Positions 47,316 through 59,701 of a stretch of 62,363 bases of DNA are shown here, one piece after another; within the stretch, counting starts at the first letter, position 1; each line of letters starts with the position of its first letter. The translations under genes were made by a program, and so were the position numbers. The notes below the pieces were generated by a model that saw only the letters and a program-made list of their open reading frames with translations, ran no database searches and had not been told where the DNA came from. Location: positions 62,001 through 124,363 of the forward strand of contig JALAGF010004161.1 of NCBI GenBank assembly GCA_030167865.1, given 5' to 3'. Source of the DNA: Craspedostauros australis (lineage: Eukaryota).

Positions 47316-48620
47316 ATGATGAGGACAACGATAGGGTCGAAGCCATCGCCACCGTCGTCATCAGTACCACCGTCGTCATCATCGGCATCATCGAAAGCGT
47401 CAGCGTCCGCAGAAGCAGCAGGGCTGGACACCTCGAGAGAACGACAGGAGCCGAGTGCAAGGAAGCAGACGGAGCACGGACTCGCATCGGTGGCGCAGCA
47501 ACGTCGTTCGGGCAGCCGCAATCGAGCATCCCAAGCCAGCTACGGCAGAGCGAACAACGCGATGAAGGGACATCTCGCAACCCGCTCCTTCGTCCCACCT
47601 GCGGCCCGCAGGAAAGGCGAGCTGCGAGCGAAGAAGCAAAAGGCGGCGAAGCGATCCAATCTGCTGGCGCTGGTCGCCATTCTGGCTGGCATTGTCATCT
47701 TCTTGGCACTCAATGTCAGGTACCATTCCATGATCAAATGGCGCAGTCTCGACAAGCACAACGCGGACGGGGATCATCCGCAACTCAAACAGCGGTCCGG
47801 CAGTATCCGCAGGCGCGCAAGTTGGGTGTCGCCGCAATCGCAGCCATTCAACCAGAACGACGGCGCCCAGCACGCGCATCATCTCATCATGGTGGCGGGG
47901 CATTCCGTCACGATATCGGGGCATCTGGAAGATGCCGGAGTCGACGAGGCCGACTGGTACCTCCTCGATTATCAGAAAGGCAAGGGATTGCCGCAGGCCA
48001 TCCAGCTGCATATCAACGCCGGCATACAGGCTGCCAACGACGACCCGGATTCCCTGCTCATCTTCAGCGGAGGCGAGACACGCCCAGCGGCGGGACCGTC
48101 CAACGAGGGCAGCAGCTACTTCCGCGTTGCCGATGCGATGGAACTGTGGCCAAGCGCCGGGACCGTGCGATCCAGAACGACGACGGAAGAATTCGCGACC
48201 GACAGCTTTCAGAACTTGCTCTTCTCAATTTGTCGATTCCGCGAGGTGACGGGCCATTACCCCACCAAGATCACGACCGTCTCATTCTCCTTCAAGCAGA
48301 GGCGCTTCCAAGAGATGCATGCTGCCGCCATGCAATGGCCCGCCGACGCCTTTCATTTCATCGGCGTGGATCCGTCCGCAGACACGGGATTCGACCTCAA
48401 GGCATCGTCCGAAGGCGAGGCCCAGAATGCGGCGCAACCTTTCGAAAGAGATCCGTACGGCTGCAGTTCTCCCATCCTCAAGGAGAAGCGAAAAGGCAGG
48501 AATCCATTTTCACGAACGCCGCCGTACTCCATCACGTGTCCGGAGATGATGGAGCTGCTGAACTGGTGCGGTCCTGATATCATACCGAAGGATCGAGTTC
48601 CGTGGAGCGATGCGAGATAA
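47316..48620 (+). CDS. Single-TM DUF218-like (YOR238W-like) Rossmann-fold protein
   Basis: TM LLALVAILAGIVIFLAL. Motifs HLIMVAGH, LIFSGGETR..AGP..EGSSY, TEEFATDSFQNLLFSICRF...G.YP.KIT.VS..FK..RF and KRKGRNPF. Confidence 0.8.
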   Translation: MMRTTIGSKPSPPSSSVPPSSSSASSKASASAEAAGLDTSRERQEPSARKQTEHGLASVAQQRRSGSRNRASQASYGRANNAMKGHLATRSFVPPAARRKGELRAKKQKAAKRSNLLALVAILAGIVIFLALNVRYHSMIKWRSLDKHNADGDHPQLKQRSGSIRRRASWVSPQSQPFNQNDGAQHAHHLIMVAGHSVTISGHLEDAGVDEADWYLLDYQKGKGLPQAIQLHINAGIQAANDDPDSLLIFSGGETRPAAGPSNEGSSYFRVADAMELWPSAGTVRSRTTTEEFATDSFQNLLFSICRFREVTGHYPTKITTVSFSFKQRRFQEMHAAAMQWPADAFHFIGVDPSADTGFDLKASSEGEAQNAAQPFERDPYGCSSPILKEKRKGRNPFSRTPPYSITCPEMMELLNWCGPDIIPKDRVPWSDAR

Positions 48621-49085
48621 CATACAGTGAGACATCACACAACGAGATGACATGGTACGATTTGGTGTGCTGTATCCTCGCCGCTCCTCGTGAATAGACG
48701 AAACAAGAAGAAACGACACGAAGCTTTTTCAATTGGGTGTGATAAATCTTGCAAGTAAAACGAGCAATGTTAATTTACCGCTTCTTCTCATTGGAATGGA
48801 TGAATGATTCCACACGCCCCGGCCACAGACAGACGTAACACGTGGCATTCAAACAACACAGGAATTTCTGGCGTTCTCGAAACCGCACAAACACAAATCC
48901 AACACGCAACAAAAACGGCACCAAGTCACGCGCACATCAACACGCAGCACCCTGATCCTCCTCCTGAGGATTCAATGTTCACACTCGTACTTCACTCCAC
49001 TCCACTCCACTCTGCAAGAAAGCAGCATCGTCTTGACACGCCACTGTGAGACGACCTCCCATCGCAATTCGAAGCTGGCTTCACG

Positions 49086-51131
49086 ATGGCATCCTTCCTG
49101 GGATCCGCGGCAGCTCGTTTCGGCGCGAAGTACGGCTCCACGAGCTTGCTTTCGGCCGTGGCAGCGGCATCGACGGTCGGCACCATTTATGGCGCATCAG
49201 CCAACGATTCATCCGACGAGATCGGCAGCTCCAACAATGGCGGTGCCAATCTTACTTGGCTGGGTCGCAACGGCATCATGACGCCGTCGTTGTGCGAGGC
49301 GGCTGCTTCTCCAGCTGCGGACGTTGATGTGACTGGTGATGGCGACGATTCCATTCGCACAAACAACAACAAGGACGACAGCCACAAAGATACCACCAAA
49401 GATAAGCAGAAAGTGAGCAAGCAACTTCCGACGGCGACTGCCGCCAAGCTCAAGACGAGAATGACCGAGGTCGGCCGGTTCTCGCTGCTGTCGGAAACCA
49501 GCACGAATCCGTCCATGCCGTGCCTCATCATCGCCATGACGGGCAAGCCGCTGCTGCCACAGGACGTGCGCAATCTGTACAAGAAACGCAGCATGGCGCA
49601 GCGCTACCCGCGCTTCTCGGTGCATCTCGATGACAAGGCTGAGCGGTTTGTGCCCATGAAGGATCCGGAATCGATGCTGGATGAGAACATCCGCGAGATG
49701 TTCTATCCCATCGTACCGCGCTTGGATCTGGCCGAGGCCATGAAGGATGGCATCACGCAGCCGCTGGATATGACACGCACCTTGTGGCAAATTCGCGTGG
49801 CGACGAACGGCGCCATCGGTCAGTCCGGCGCCATCAGCACAACGCGGGCGGCGGCTCTGCAGAAGGAATTTGATGATGGCATCATCAGTGGCAATCATGA
49901 TAATGCTAATGATCATGGTACAGTCCGTTCTGCAACGCAAGACGATGGCAAGACCATACGCAAGGGTGCGGCAAAGCCTGCCCCTCGAGCCGCTCAACCG
50001 ATCACCGCGTTGTCGCAGCCCGTCGAGTCGCTGCTCATGTTCCGCGCCCATCACTGCCTCGCCGACGGCATGTCCTTGGCGGCGGTCTTTTCTGATTTCA
50101 CGGATGAGGCCGAGGAGCTGCAACAAGCAGTGCAGGAGGCCGTCGCCAAATTCAAGCGCCGGGGCAAGTCGTGGCTGAGGAAGCTGCAGATCTTCCTGTT
50201 CTACTGGTGCCTTGGGTCGTTGCGATCCATCCTGTACCATCTGTCGCTGGGCATTCAGAATCTGGTGTCCTCCAATCCATGGAAGGTTCTCAAGAAGATG
50301 CACGAAGAACATCAGGCAGATTTGGCGAGTAGCAACATTGATGAAGATGACACGGAGTCATCCGATGTGGGCGCACGCAACATGTCGTGGGCGGAGGTTG
50401 CCACCATCGAGGAGGTCAAGGAGGTGGCCAAGCACTACTCTACCAAGGGCCGCAAAATGACCGTCAACGATGTCTTTGCGAGTTGCGTGACGACCGCCAT
50501 TCACAGACTGCTGGAACATCACCGCGGAGTGCTGGACACCGGCGACGCCTGCGGATGCGCCATCCCAACCCTCAAAACGATGAACCTGGTCGTGCCCGTC
50601 CACCTGATGGGCGGCATCATCTTGCCCAACCACGGAATCGGCAACAAGATCGGCGCGATGCTGTGCCAGCTCCCCTGCGAACAGGCCGATCTGACGGCGT
50701 CGCAGCGCCTGCGGATGGTGCACGACCGCATGACCTTCCTGAAGCAAACGCCGGCCGCCTTCCTGTCCTACCTCGTCGCCAAGGTGCTTGGTGGCATCGG
50801 CAGCAAGCTGGGTGGCTTCACGCCCTTCCTGTTCTCCAAGGCCCACTTCAACGCCTCGGCCGTGCTGACCAACATCCGCGGTCCCGATCGGCCGTTGCAT
50901 CTGGGTGGGCGCAAGCTGCAGACGGTGCTGGGGTTCCTGCCGCTGCCGCCCGGCATTCCTCTGGGCATCGTGATCTTGTCGTACAACAACAGCATCACGC
51001 TGACGGTGTGCGGGGAGCCGTGGGCCGTGCCCAATGCCGACCTGTTTCTGTCGTACGTCGTGGAGGAGTACCAGAATCTGGTGAACGAAGCAAAGCAAGC
51101 GAAGGAATCTGTTGCCAAGCAGGAGGTTTGA
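49086..51131 (+). CDS. Bifunctional wax ester synthase / diacylglycerol acyltransferase (WS/DGAT)
   Basis: Catalytic HHxxxDG motif (RAHHCLADGMSL), PLDMTRTLWQI and MTVNDVF. C-terminal WS_DGAT_C motifs (IGNKIG, LTNIRGP, ILSYNNSI). Confidence 0.9.
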   Translation: MASFLGSAAARFGAKYGSTSLLSAVAAASTVGTIYGASANDSSDEIGSSNNGGANLTWLGRNGIMTPSLCEAAASPAADVDVTGDGDDSIRTNNNKDDSHKDTTKDKQKVSKQLPTATAAKLKTRMTEVGRFSLLSETSTNPSMPCLIIAMTGKPLLPQDVRNLYKKRSMAQRYPRFSVHLDDKAERFVPMKDPESMLDENIREMFYPIVPRLDLAEAMKDGITQPLDMTRTLWQIRVATNGAIGQSGAISTTRAAALQKEFDDGIISGNHDNANDHGTVRSATQDDGKTIRKGAAKPAPRAAQPITALSQPVESLLMFRAHHCLADGMSLAAVFSDFTDEAEELQQAVQEAVAKFKRRGKSWLRKLQIFLFYWCLGSLRSILYHLSLGIQNLVSSNPWKVLKKMHEEHQADLASSNIDEDDTESSDVGARNMSWAEVATIEEVKEVAKHYSTKGRKMTVNDVFASCVTTAIHRLLEHHRGVLDTGDACGCAIPTLKTMNLVVPVHLMGGIILPNHGIGNKIGAMLCQLPCEQADLTASQRLRMVHDRMTFLKQTPAAFLSYLVAKVLGGIGSKLGGFTPFLFSKAHFNASAVLTNIRGPDRPLHLGGRKLQTVLGFLPLPPGIPLGIVILSYNNSITLTVCGEPWAVPNADLFLSYVVEEYQNLVNEAKQAKESVAKQEV

Positions 51132-52381
51132 ACTGTTATCTGGTATTATATTATACGAGGTGGGAGGAGTGGATGTTCATCAAGCATGATTCACGTCGTG
51201 CGGGGCGAGTACAACAAACCAGTGTTTGGATTATCATATAGTAGCTGATAGTACACTCTCTTCGAATCGTGTGGCATGGTACTGTATCAAACTTCTTCCA
51301 ACAATAATAGCATTGTCTAGATCCAAATCGTAGACTGTAACGCCAAAACGTGATGATGAAAGCGTGACCACGTGGCTGCATCGGCGAGTGTCTCGATTCA
51401 TGTCGCAACTCTTGTCGGCATCTTGGAAGGAATTTGATTGGTCCGTGGATTCGGCGCAACGAAGAGGTCGGCTGTTGGAAGACCACACAATCCGAAAACT
51501 CCCAACAGGCATCGAACCAATGAGCGAGGTCCCCATTTTGTGAGCGAGGGAGGTTGATCTTGGCGGATCTGATCCTTCGGCAATGCGCGGTGCGCGCAAG
51601 GGAGGAGAACAAACGAAAGTCGGCCGCGAGCTATCCAACGTCACGGCTTTTTGGCAACAGGTGAAGAGGAAAAACTGGACCACTTGCATGGCAAGCAAGA
51701 AAGGATGCCAATGAGTGTTTGCGCCTACACCCACGAACCACGAAGAGCCCATGGCCGAACCAAGGAGAAGGATTGCGCTGAATCCAACGCGATACCACAG
51801 AGTGAGCATTGCGCGACAAGCATTCCACACAGAGACAGATCACGAGCGCAGCACGGACCTCACGCCAACAACAACAATCCCAAAGTCACACGGGAGAGCG
51901 ATCAACGGTCTCAGCTGGGACAGAATCTGTTTGGTTTCCACTTCAGACAGACAGTTTGGAGGTTGGCAACGCCTCACAAATAGAGACTGCAACGCAACAC
52001 AACGCAACGCAGCGCAACGAGAAGAAGATAGAGAAGCACAGAGTTAGAGCATTCATACTCGTACAGCAACTGAATAGAGCAACAGTTTTCGTGGAGCAGG
52101 AGAGTTCCAAGAGCAAGACTCATTGGGGCCAACCAAGAGGCAAACGAAAACGGAAAGCGTTCCATCCGGACATCCATACACCAGGACTGCGTTGCATTGC
52201 ATTGAATCGCATTGCACCATCTCGAGTTGGGTCTCTGCACTCGAACGAGCGAAGACAAACACAGACACACACTCCGATCGAGCACTCGCAGACTTCTTGT
52301 CGCATTTGAGAGGTCTTGAACAGGAATCTTCATTCTCAGCCTGTTCAGCGAGTTCCGATCCATTCCATCGGCATTCTCACG

Positions 52382-52429
52382 CACACAGGCATTGTCCACA
52401 CAGGCATTGTCCACACAGGCATTGTCCAC
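52382..52429. repeat. Perfect 15-bp tandem repeat (CACACAGGCATTGTC x3) about 85 nt upstream of the SLC26 start
   Basis: cacacaggcattgtc cacacaggcattgtc cacacaggcattgtc cac. Confidence 0.9.
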
Positions 52430-52512
52430 GCTCATCGTCAATTCTCAGAACACACGAGTAAAAGACTCGCAACCAAACGCACCCAGCGAAACAACGCAAA
52501 AACACGGTGACG

Positions 52513-55373
52513 ATGACCGTCGAAGACAACAACAATAGCAGCATTAGCAGCAGTAGCAGCCATGTCGATAGCGCCAACGCTGGAACGAACGCAGGAGGCA
52601 ACTGCGAGACAGCCCCAGCGTTCGACCAGATGCCTCGTCTCAACGGCAACGAAGGTGTGGAGATGCCGATAGCGTCCATGCACAACATGACCGCAGCATC
52701 GCAGAATGCCCCGAACCCCGATTCATCCACGAATAGCGGCAGCAGCAGCAGGGGTCCCACCCAGATGCGCCGTCGCGTGACCATGCATCGGCAGACGTTG
52801 GAGCGCATTCACAAAGACTCCAACGAGCAGACAAGGCACAGCGTGCCAGATCCGAGGACGCGGACATCGTCCTACGAATCGTCGTCCTTCGCGCCGAGGA
52901 CGGAGGGCTTCAACAGCAGCGGGAGCGATGACAGTGGAAACGGCAACGGCGATGACGATGACTGCAGGAAAGGACCGGAGGGATGGGTGGAGAAGCACAG
53001 CAGGAATTTGAGAGCCTCGTTGCAACGCAGGAGCCTTGAGGATTGGGTGCAGACATTCATACCGATGTACAAGTGGTTGCGGGTGTACGACTTTGGCCAG
53101 AACCTCTTCCAGGACGTCCTGGCAGGTCTCACGGTCGGAGTCATGGTGGTGCCGCAGAGCATGTCCTACGCCAAGCTGGCCGGTCTGCCTGTCGAGTACG
53201 GACTCTACTCGGCCCTGGTCCCTGTCTACGCCTACGCCATGTTCGGCTCCTCGAGGCAGCTGGCCGTGGGACCCGTCGCCTTGGTGTCGCTGCTGCTCAG
53301 CACGGGCCTAGAGATCGTCATGGACAATCAGGGCATCACGCGCGAGAACACGCCCAACTACGACGCCATCTACATACAGATGGCCGTGCAAACATCCTTC
53401 CTCGTCGGCGTCTGCTACATCATCATGGGCATGCTGCGGCTGGGATTCATCACCATCTTCCTCTCGCATGCCGTCATTTCGGGATTCACCACCGGCGCCG
53501 CCGTCATCATCGGCATGTCGCAGATCAAGTACCTCTTCGGCTACGACATCCCCAACGAGAAGGCCCTGCACAGGATAATCTCAAACATCATCAAGGACAT
53601 TGACAAATTCAACTACAAGACCTTCCTGGTCGGCACGTCCAGCGTCTTCGCCCTCGTCGGTTTGAAGCACCTCGGCAAGACCTACCCCAAACTCAAATTC
53701 CTCAGAGCCATGGGGCCGCTCATGGTCACGGTCATTTCCATCGCCGTCCAGGCCATCTTCGACATTGAAAGCCAAGGTGTGCCCATCGTCAAGACCATCC
53801 CCAAAGGCTTCCCCGCCATCACCGTTGACGAACTTCTCCCCATCGATAAGTTCAACGACCTCGTCTTCGTCGTGCTCAGCATCGTCATCGTCGGTTTCAT
53901 GGAGTCCATCGCCATCGCCAAGCAGCTCGCATCGAAGCACAAGTACGAAGTCGATTCCTCCATGGAACTCATCGGACTGGGCATGGCCAATCTGGGCGCC
54001 GGCTTCTTCCAAGGATACCCAGTCACAGGATCCTTCTCGCGGTCGGCCGTCAACAACGACACGGGCGCCAAATCGGGCATCTCGGCCATCGTCACGGCAT
54101 CGCTCGTGGGCCTCGTCCTTCTCTTCTTGACCACCGTCTTTGAACTGTTGGTACGTGAAAAAACATATACGCGCATGCGTGTGTATTTGTATGTTTGTTT
54201 GCGTGGTGGTATGACTCTATCTGGGTGGTGATACGGAATGAGGGCGTAATGAAAATGAAATGACGTGGATCCGCCAACGGAAACAATGGAGAACCGACGG
54301 CCTCTTGGCAGATGGTTGGAATCTCATGTCGTGGACCGTGCACGTACGAGTATGGGTGCACAGAGCATTTCATCAGTGGGGAATGCACAAGCGAACGAAC
54401 GAACGAAGATCTCACATGATGCAAAAATACAATTCTCTGCATTCGCTTTCCCTCTCTGATCACATCATTGGTTGCGTCATTCACAACGACATTCGCGTTG
54501 ATGTGTTGTGTTCGCCTCGTATTGCGCCAACAACCACGATGACATTTGCGATTGCAATTACAGCCACTCTCCGTGCTGGCCTCCATCGTCATCTCGGGCG
54601 TGATCGGGCTGTTGGATTATCCGGAGGCGATCTACTTGTGGAAGGTGCACAAATTCGATTTCAGCGTGTGGGTCTTCGCCTTCCTCGGCACGCTCTTCCT
54701 GGGTGTCGAACTCGGCCTCACCATCGCGGTCAGCATCTCACTCACGATCGTCCTGTTCGAAAGCGCCTACCCGCACACGGCCGTGCTCGGGCGACTTCCA
54801 GGAACAATGATATACCGCAACATCAAGCAGTACCCGGAGGCGGAATGCTACGACGGCATCGTCATGGTGCGCATCGACGCGCCCATCTACTTCGCCAACA
54901 CGCAGAACGTGCGCGAGAAGATCAGCAAGTACGAGCAGCGTGCCGAGGAGCAGTTGGCGGTGCGCAGCGAGAAGGTGCAATTCATCATCCTCGAGATGAG
55001 CCCCGTCTCGCACGTTGACACCAGCGCATTGCACATCCTGCACGACATGGCCGAAACGTACCGGGATCGCGACATCCAGCTCTGCCTGGCCAATCCCAGC
55101 CGCATGGTCATGGACAAGCTGTCCTCCAGCGGAGTCGCCGACGATATCGGACGAGACAACATCTTCGTCTCAATACGTGACGCCGTCGATCAATGCCTGC
55201 GTCAGATGGACAGCATCGAGATGTCGAAGCACGATCAAGACACGGACACCACGGATCCACTGCAACAGGATGTGGACTGCTGTGATTCGTCGGAAATCAA
55301 CGGAGATGGCGGTCACGACGATACCGATGTCCAAAGGAGCACGAAGGACATCGAAGCGCAAGTGCAGCAATGA
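52513..55373 (+). CDS. SLC26/SulP anion (sulfate/bicarbonate) transporter with STAS domain; exons 52513-54150 and 54564-55373
   Basis: DVLAGLTVGVMVVPQSMSYAKLAGLPVEYGLYS, FGSSRQLAVGP and GSFSRSAVN. STAS region RIDAPIYFAN...VSHVDTSAL. One GT-AG intron, 54151-54563. Confidence 0.96.
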
Positions 55374-55794
55374 CGATGATGACAGCACAGCACAGCTAGC
55401 TAACATAGTCACAGCAAGACAGACTGGAACGGATGCTCCTTCTTCTTGACCATACGTAGACTAAGCAAGTACTAATGCCTCAAGCAAGGTCCACCGTACT
55501 CGTAGTAGCACGATGTAGAGAGTATAATAGAATAGAATGCCACGCACGGAACCGCGCGGCATGGCGCGAAGATGACCGGGCGAACGAATGAACTTCGGAA
55601 ACGGCTTCAGCAGTTGTGTTCCAAAGCTGTGTTGATGATGATCGCAGTGACCACCAACACCCGCAACGGTGGCACGGATCGTGTGTGGTACAATGGGATG
55701 GCTTGGCCAAGGAAGACATCACGCGAAACTTGGCAGTACCGATTCGCAGGAGAATCGAGCACACAGGTTTCCCGATAATGGTTGCCTATGGAGC

Positions 55795-55820
<26 letters not shown>
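55795..55820. repeat. (AG)n microsatellite
   Basis: About 13 AG units. Confidence 0.9.
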
Positions 55821-55825
<5 letters not shown>

Positions 55826-57308
55826 ACTCGAGGTGCCCCCGTCCCATTGTTCGAGGCGTTTCCACCACCATCATTCCGACGGCATTCACAGAAGAGGCTA
55901 CTTCCTTCGGCGCAAAAAGCGACGCATGGAACCATTGTCTTCGTCGTGGTGGCTGCCCGTGCATGGTCGACGTGCGGTCCCGAGTTTCATTTGGCTTTGC
56001 TGTCTGGACCAGCGAGCGCCCAGAATGGCATGCGCCGAGCTGACCCTCGAGCACTTTCGACGTTTCGCGCCTCCTCGTGTTGCTGGATTGTGATCGCAGC
56101 GTCTGTCGACAGGGTGCGCGTACTTGCAGAGAGGTGGAGCTTTGGGTTTGCAAGGACAAAGAACACTGCAGTAAATGACCATTCTGTTCGGGGATTGGCG
56201 TTCGTCTGCGAGAGAAAGGATAGGTACATGGGCACGGCGCGCTATCATTGGGATACTCCCAAAGCAGCTTCGTTCATTTCGCATCTGGCCTTTGCGGTGT
56301 TGTTCGTGGTAGGTCCCACACCATTTGCGTACAGATGGATCCATGGGGGATGATGGGTGGTCCCGTGGTGCGAACTCTTGGGTTGGTTTGGCGATCAGGG
56401 ACAGAGAAGAGTGAGAAACGAAGCAAGCGCGAGCGCGGTTGTGTCAATGCGTTCGTCTTCCGGACACGGTCACCACAGAGATGGTGAAGTTGTTGGATTT
56501 CCACCTGCGCACAGTGATCGTTAGGACGAGGACGACACCCTCTGCCACCCTTGCACAAGGTGCGATTCACGTGCCCATGATAGGTACAGAGTTGCCAGTC
56601 CTATGGCGCCCATCCTCTCGCTTCCCCTCCCTTGCATGCGCTGTATGCACTATTTGTTGAAAACTTCGCCCGCAAGGCAATACCACTTTGATGATCTTTC
56701 TGAGACGTGTGCAGCCCTTGTTCGTCCAATGTCCGTCCCAAGTTCTCATCTCTTCGACCCTGTCGTGATGTGGTTGCACTCAAAGCGTCGTCACCTCCAC
56801 AGACGACAGTCGCCATGCGGACAAGGGTCACAGATTCGCACATGTTGCGCCAATCACCAGAGGTGAAGCCATCTGCGCCCATGTACAAGATCCGCAATCA
56901 TACATGCCACCTCGGCCATCACTTTTTGCTCATGTGGATGATACCGAGGGGCTTTCTCCTCCTCCACCACCCCCTTCTCTCTTCCGCTCTCTTCGGTGAT
57001 AGATGATAGAGGACAGAGTCAACTGGTGGAAGGCAACGTGGACTTACTCGCACACCACTCCATCAGTGGCGGCAGCATCATATTTCTCTCTACTCTGCTC
57101 TGATCTGCTCTGCTCATTGTCTCACAAATTGCAACCACCACACAGCCAAACTCAATCACTTAATCACCCATTCACTCACTGCACTCACCATCAACAAACT
57201 CAAACTCAACACCACTCCCACTCCCACCACCAAGAACACAGTTCAGCATAGCATTACTAATAGTATACTCTGTCGCACAACACGTTGCATCAAGCTACGA
57301 TTTTGAAC

Positions 57309-58277
57309 ATGAATTTGAGCATTTCCGAAACTCTCGACACCATGCACCACGGCATCCAGTTGCTGTTGCAAGATGAACCGACCGCCTCGAAGGATGCATT
57401 CATCAACGTCCTCTCTCAGCTCAGGCGTTACGTCAAGTCGAGCGCGAAGCGCCAGGGTCCCAACGTCAATACCAACGATGCAGGGGACGATGCGGAGGGC
57501 AGCATCGGTTCCGGCAGCGAAGCTCACAATCGCAATCACCATGGACACAGCAGGTGCAGCAGCAACCACAACGACAATGACAATCTTCATCACTGTTGCT
57601 GCCAATCCCTATCCTGTGCACCCAACGATGACGGAGATGGCAAGACCTCCACCATCGATGACTCCTCATGCACCCAATTGCTCGGGCCTTACTTCCAGAA
57701 CGTCCGTCTGGACCAGTCTGTTTGGGACACCAATAACGACAATGAAAACAGCGACACTAACACTGTTGATGATATGTGTTGCAACTCCATCCACGGCAGT
57801 GACACGGAGAGTGGTTGGTTCTTCGTCAACAAGGCCACATGGTTCGCGCTTTCTCCGTCCATGTCGCCCACCGCACATGAATGGGGTCCCCACACGCTCC
57901 ATATCTTCCTTGCAACAGTTCTGGCCAACACAGCGCTGGCATTCTATCACATGGGCTGCCAGCAACGCAACGGGAATGAGGAAGCACACTGGAGACGGGC
58001 CGCATCGTTGTACACCAAGTCTCTCAGCTGCATCGAGGAAGACATGGATGATGCATCCTTGGCCATCAAATCAATCGCGTTGAACAACCTGGCCTATATC
58101 AATCACATGCTGGGCGACGAAGACGCAGCACGTGTCAACTTCTCCGAGGTGCACTGGCTCCTCAACAAGGGAAGTGTCTCAATGCGCTACATGATGGATC
58201 CGGAAGACCTCGAAGGCATGTCCATCAACATCCTCGTCTCCAAGATCTGTCGACCGACTGCTGCCAGAGCAGCGTAG
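57309..58277 (+). CDS. Hypothetical protein with TPR-like helices
   Basis: ATVLANTALAFYH...RAASLYTKSL...IALNNLAYIN TPR-like pattern. Ends in TAARAA; ATG at 57309. Confidence 0.7.
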   Translation: MNLSISETLDTMHHGIQLLLQDEPTASKDAFINVLSQLRRYVKSSAKRQGPNVNTNDAGDDAEGSIGSGSEAHNRNHHGHSRCSSNHNDNDNLHHCCCQSLSCAPNDDGDGKTSTIDDSSCTQLLGPYFQNVRLDQSVWDTNNDNENSDTNTVDDMCCNSIHGSDTESGWFFVNKATWFALSPSMSPTAHEWGPHTLHIFLATVLANTALAFYHMGCQQRNGNEEAHWRRAASLYTKSLSCIEEDMDDASLAIKSIALNNLAYINHMLGDEDAARVNFSEVHWLLNKGSVSMRYMMDPEDLEGMSINILVSKICRPTAARAA

Positions 58278-59701
58278 CATCGACTGCAATGTACTGCATC
58301 GCGGTGCCACACAGCACTTGCAGCAAAGCGACAGGCTGTTTAGCTGAGACGTATTAGAGGAGGATGCCATGGCAGGTGATCAAGCATCATCAACATCCAC
58401 AAACAAACTGCAAATACATTCACACATCCACACTCGAGTATTGCATGCAATAAGAAAGCTGGAGCAATAGCGCAGCACATTCTACTATAATACCATACGT
58501 ACGACAGTAGTAGATGAAATGTACTCGTACTACAGCAGCATAACGTAAGCTACAAGGTACCGGTAGCATGCTACGCATCCAAAGGTCCACGATTATCCTC
58601 AACGTGGGTTGATACATCATCGCCATGGCCATCGCGATCGCCATCGGGCATGATTATGTGGGCTTTTTGTCAGGCGTTGCGCCTTCTTCCCTTGACGTTT
58701 CTGGATTGATGATTCCCGGTAGCCAAATTCCAAACTGCATGGATGAGATTGTTCCGACAGAACCCAACTGATGTTCGTCCACAGTACAGTACCGGTAGCA
58801 AATAATAGATCGCAGCGAGGCTCCAACCGGTCAGCGATGACGATGGCTTGGTGAAGCACAGCGCCACATCATGCCCAGCAAGGTCGGTCTGAACCACAGG
58901 ATCCGCCACTCTTCACTTCACTGCATCCTGTGGATCATCTGTCACGAAACTTTGCGCGCAGATACTCGTATTCTTGTCTTTAACGAGAGGATTTCACACA
59001 ATCAAGTGTTTCCTGCTGTGGGGCTGGAGATGCCTGCCGAGCACTCCATAGGCACATACTCTCTCTGGAATACTCTGGTACGAGTGCGCGTTTCGTTGTG
59101 GACAAGTTTGGACGACGAAATCACATTTCCTGTTCAGCACGATCGTGCCTGCAAGGGAGGATGGCACTACACAAACTGCTATCATGGTGCTTGCATGAGT
59201 ATTGCGGATTGCTGATCGTGATCATAGTGGGAATCGTACTTGTAGGTGGTGCGAGTACCAAATGTTGCGAGTATGATAGAAGCCAAGACTGCAACGATAC
59301 GTCTTGTCTTGTGCGTGATTGCAGGGTACTATCTGTCAGAGGTAGAGTGGAATCGATTGATTTGACCACTTTGCGCAATTGGCGCTGTGTTAGTTCTAAG
59401 TTCTGGGCGCCAGGCACCACAAAACAATTGTCAAGAAACGTCAACAGCTCACCATGACGCAATTCTTTCCGTCAGAACGATGACGGATGTTCTGTTCTGA
59501 AACGTTGACCTTTGTAAGGATCGCAAGGGTTGGCACTTCCCCTCGTCCACCCATTCGACGGTTTCGCCACTGAGCTCGATCGCTTCCTCTGTCATTCCTT
59601 CATCTATCCATCGATCCATCCATCGATCACAGTCGAGTCGAAGAGCACCGAGCAAGGGAAGTGGAAACGGAAAACCAGAGGACTCCACGATACAGCACCC
59701 C

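Noticed and set aside
55400..57280. 1.9-kb gene-free interval with several 100-245 aa ORFs
   Set aside because: The ORFs run through an (AG)n microsatellite and lack coding character. No ncRNA or transposon signature was recognised.
58894..58933. 9-bp inverted repeat CCACAGGAT...ATCCTGTGG
   Set aside because: Short enough to occur by chance in 62 kb, with no tRNA, snoRNA or MITE hallmarks.
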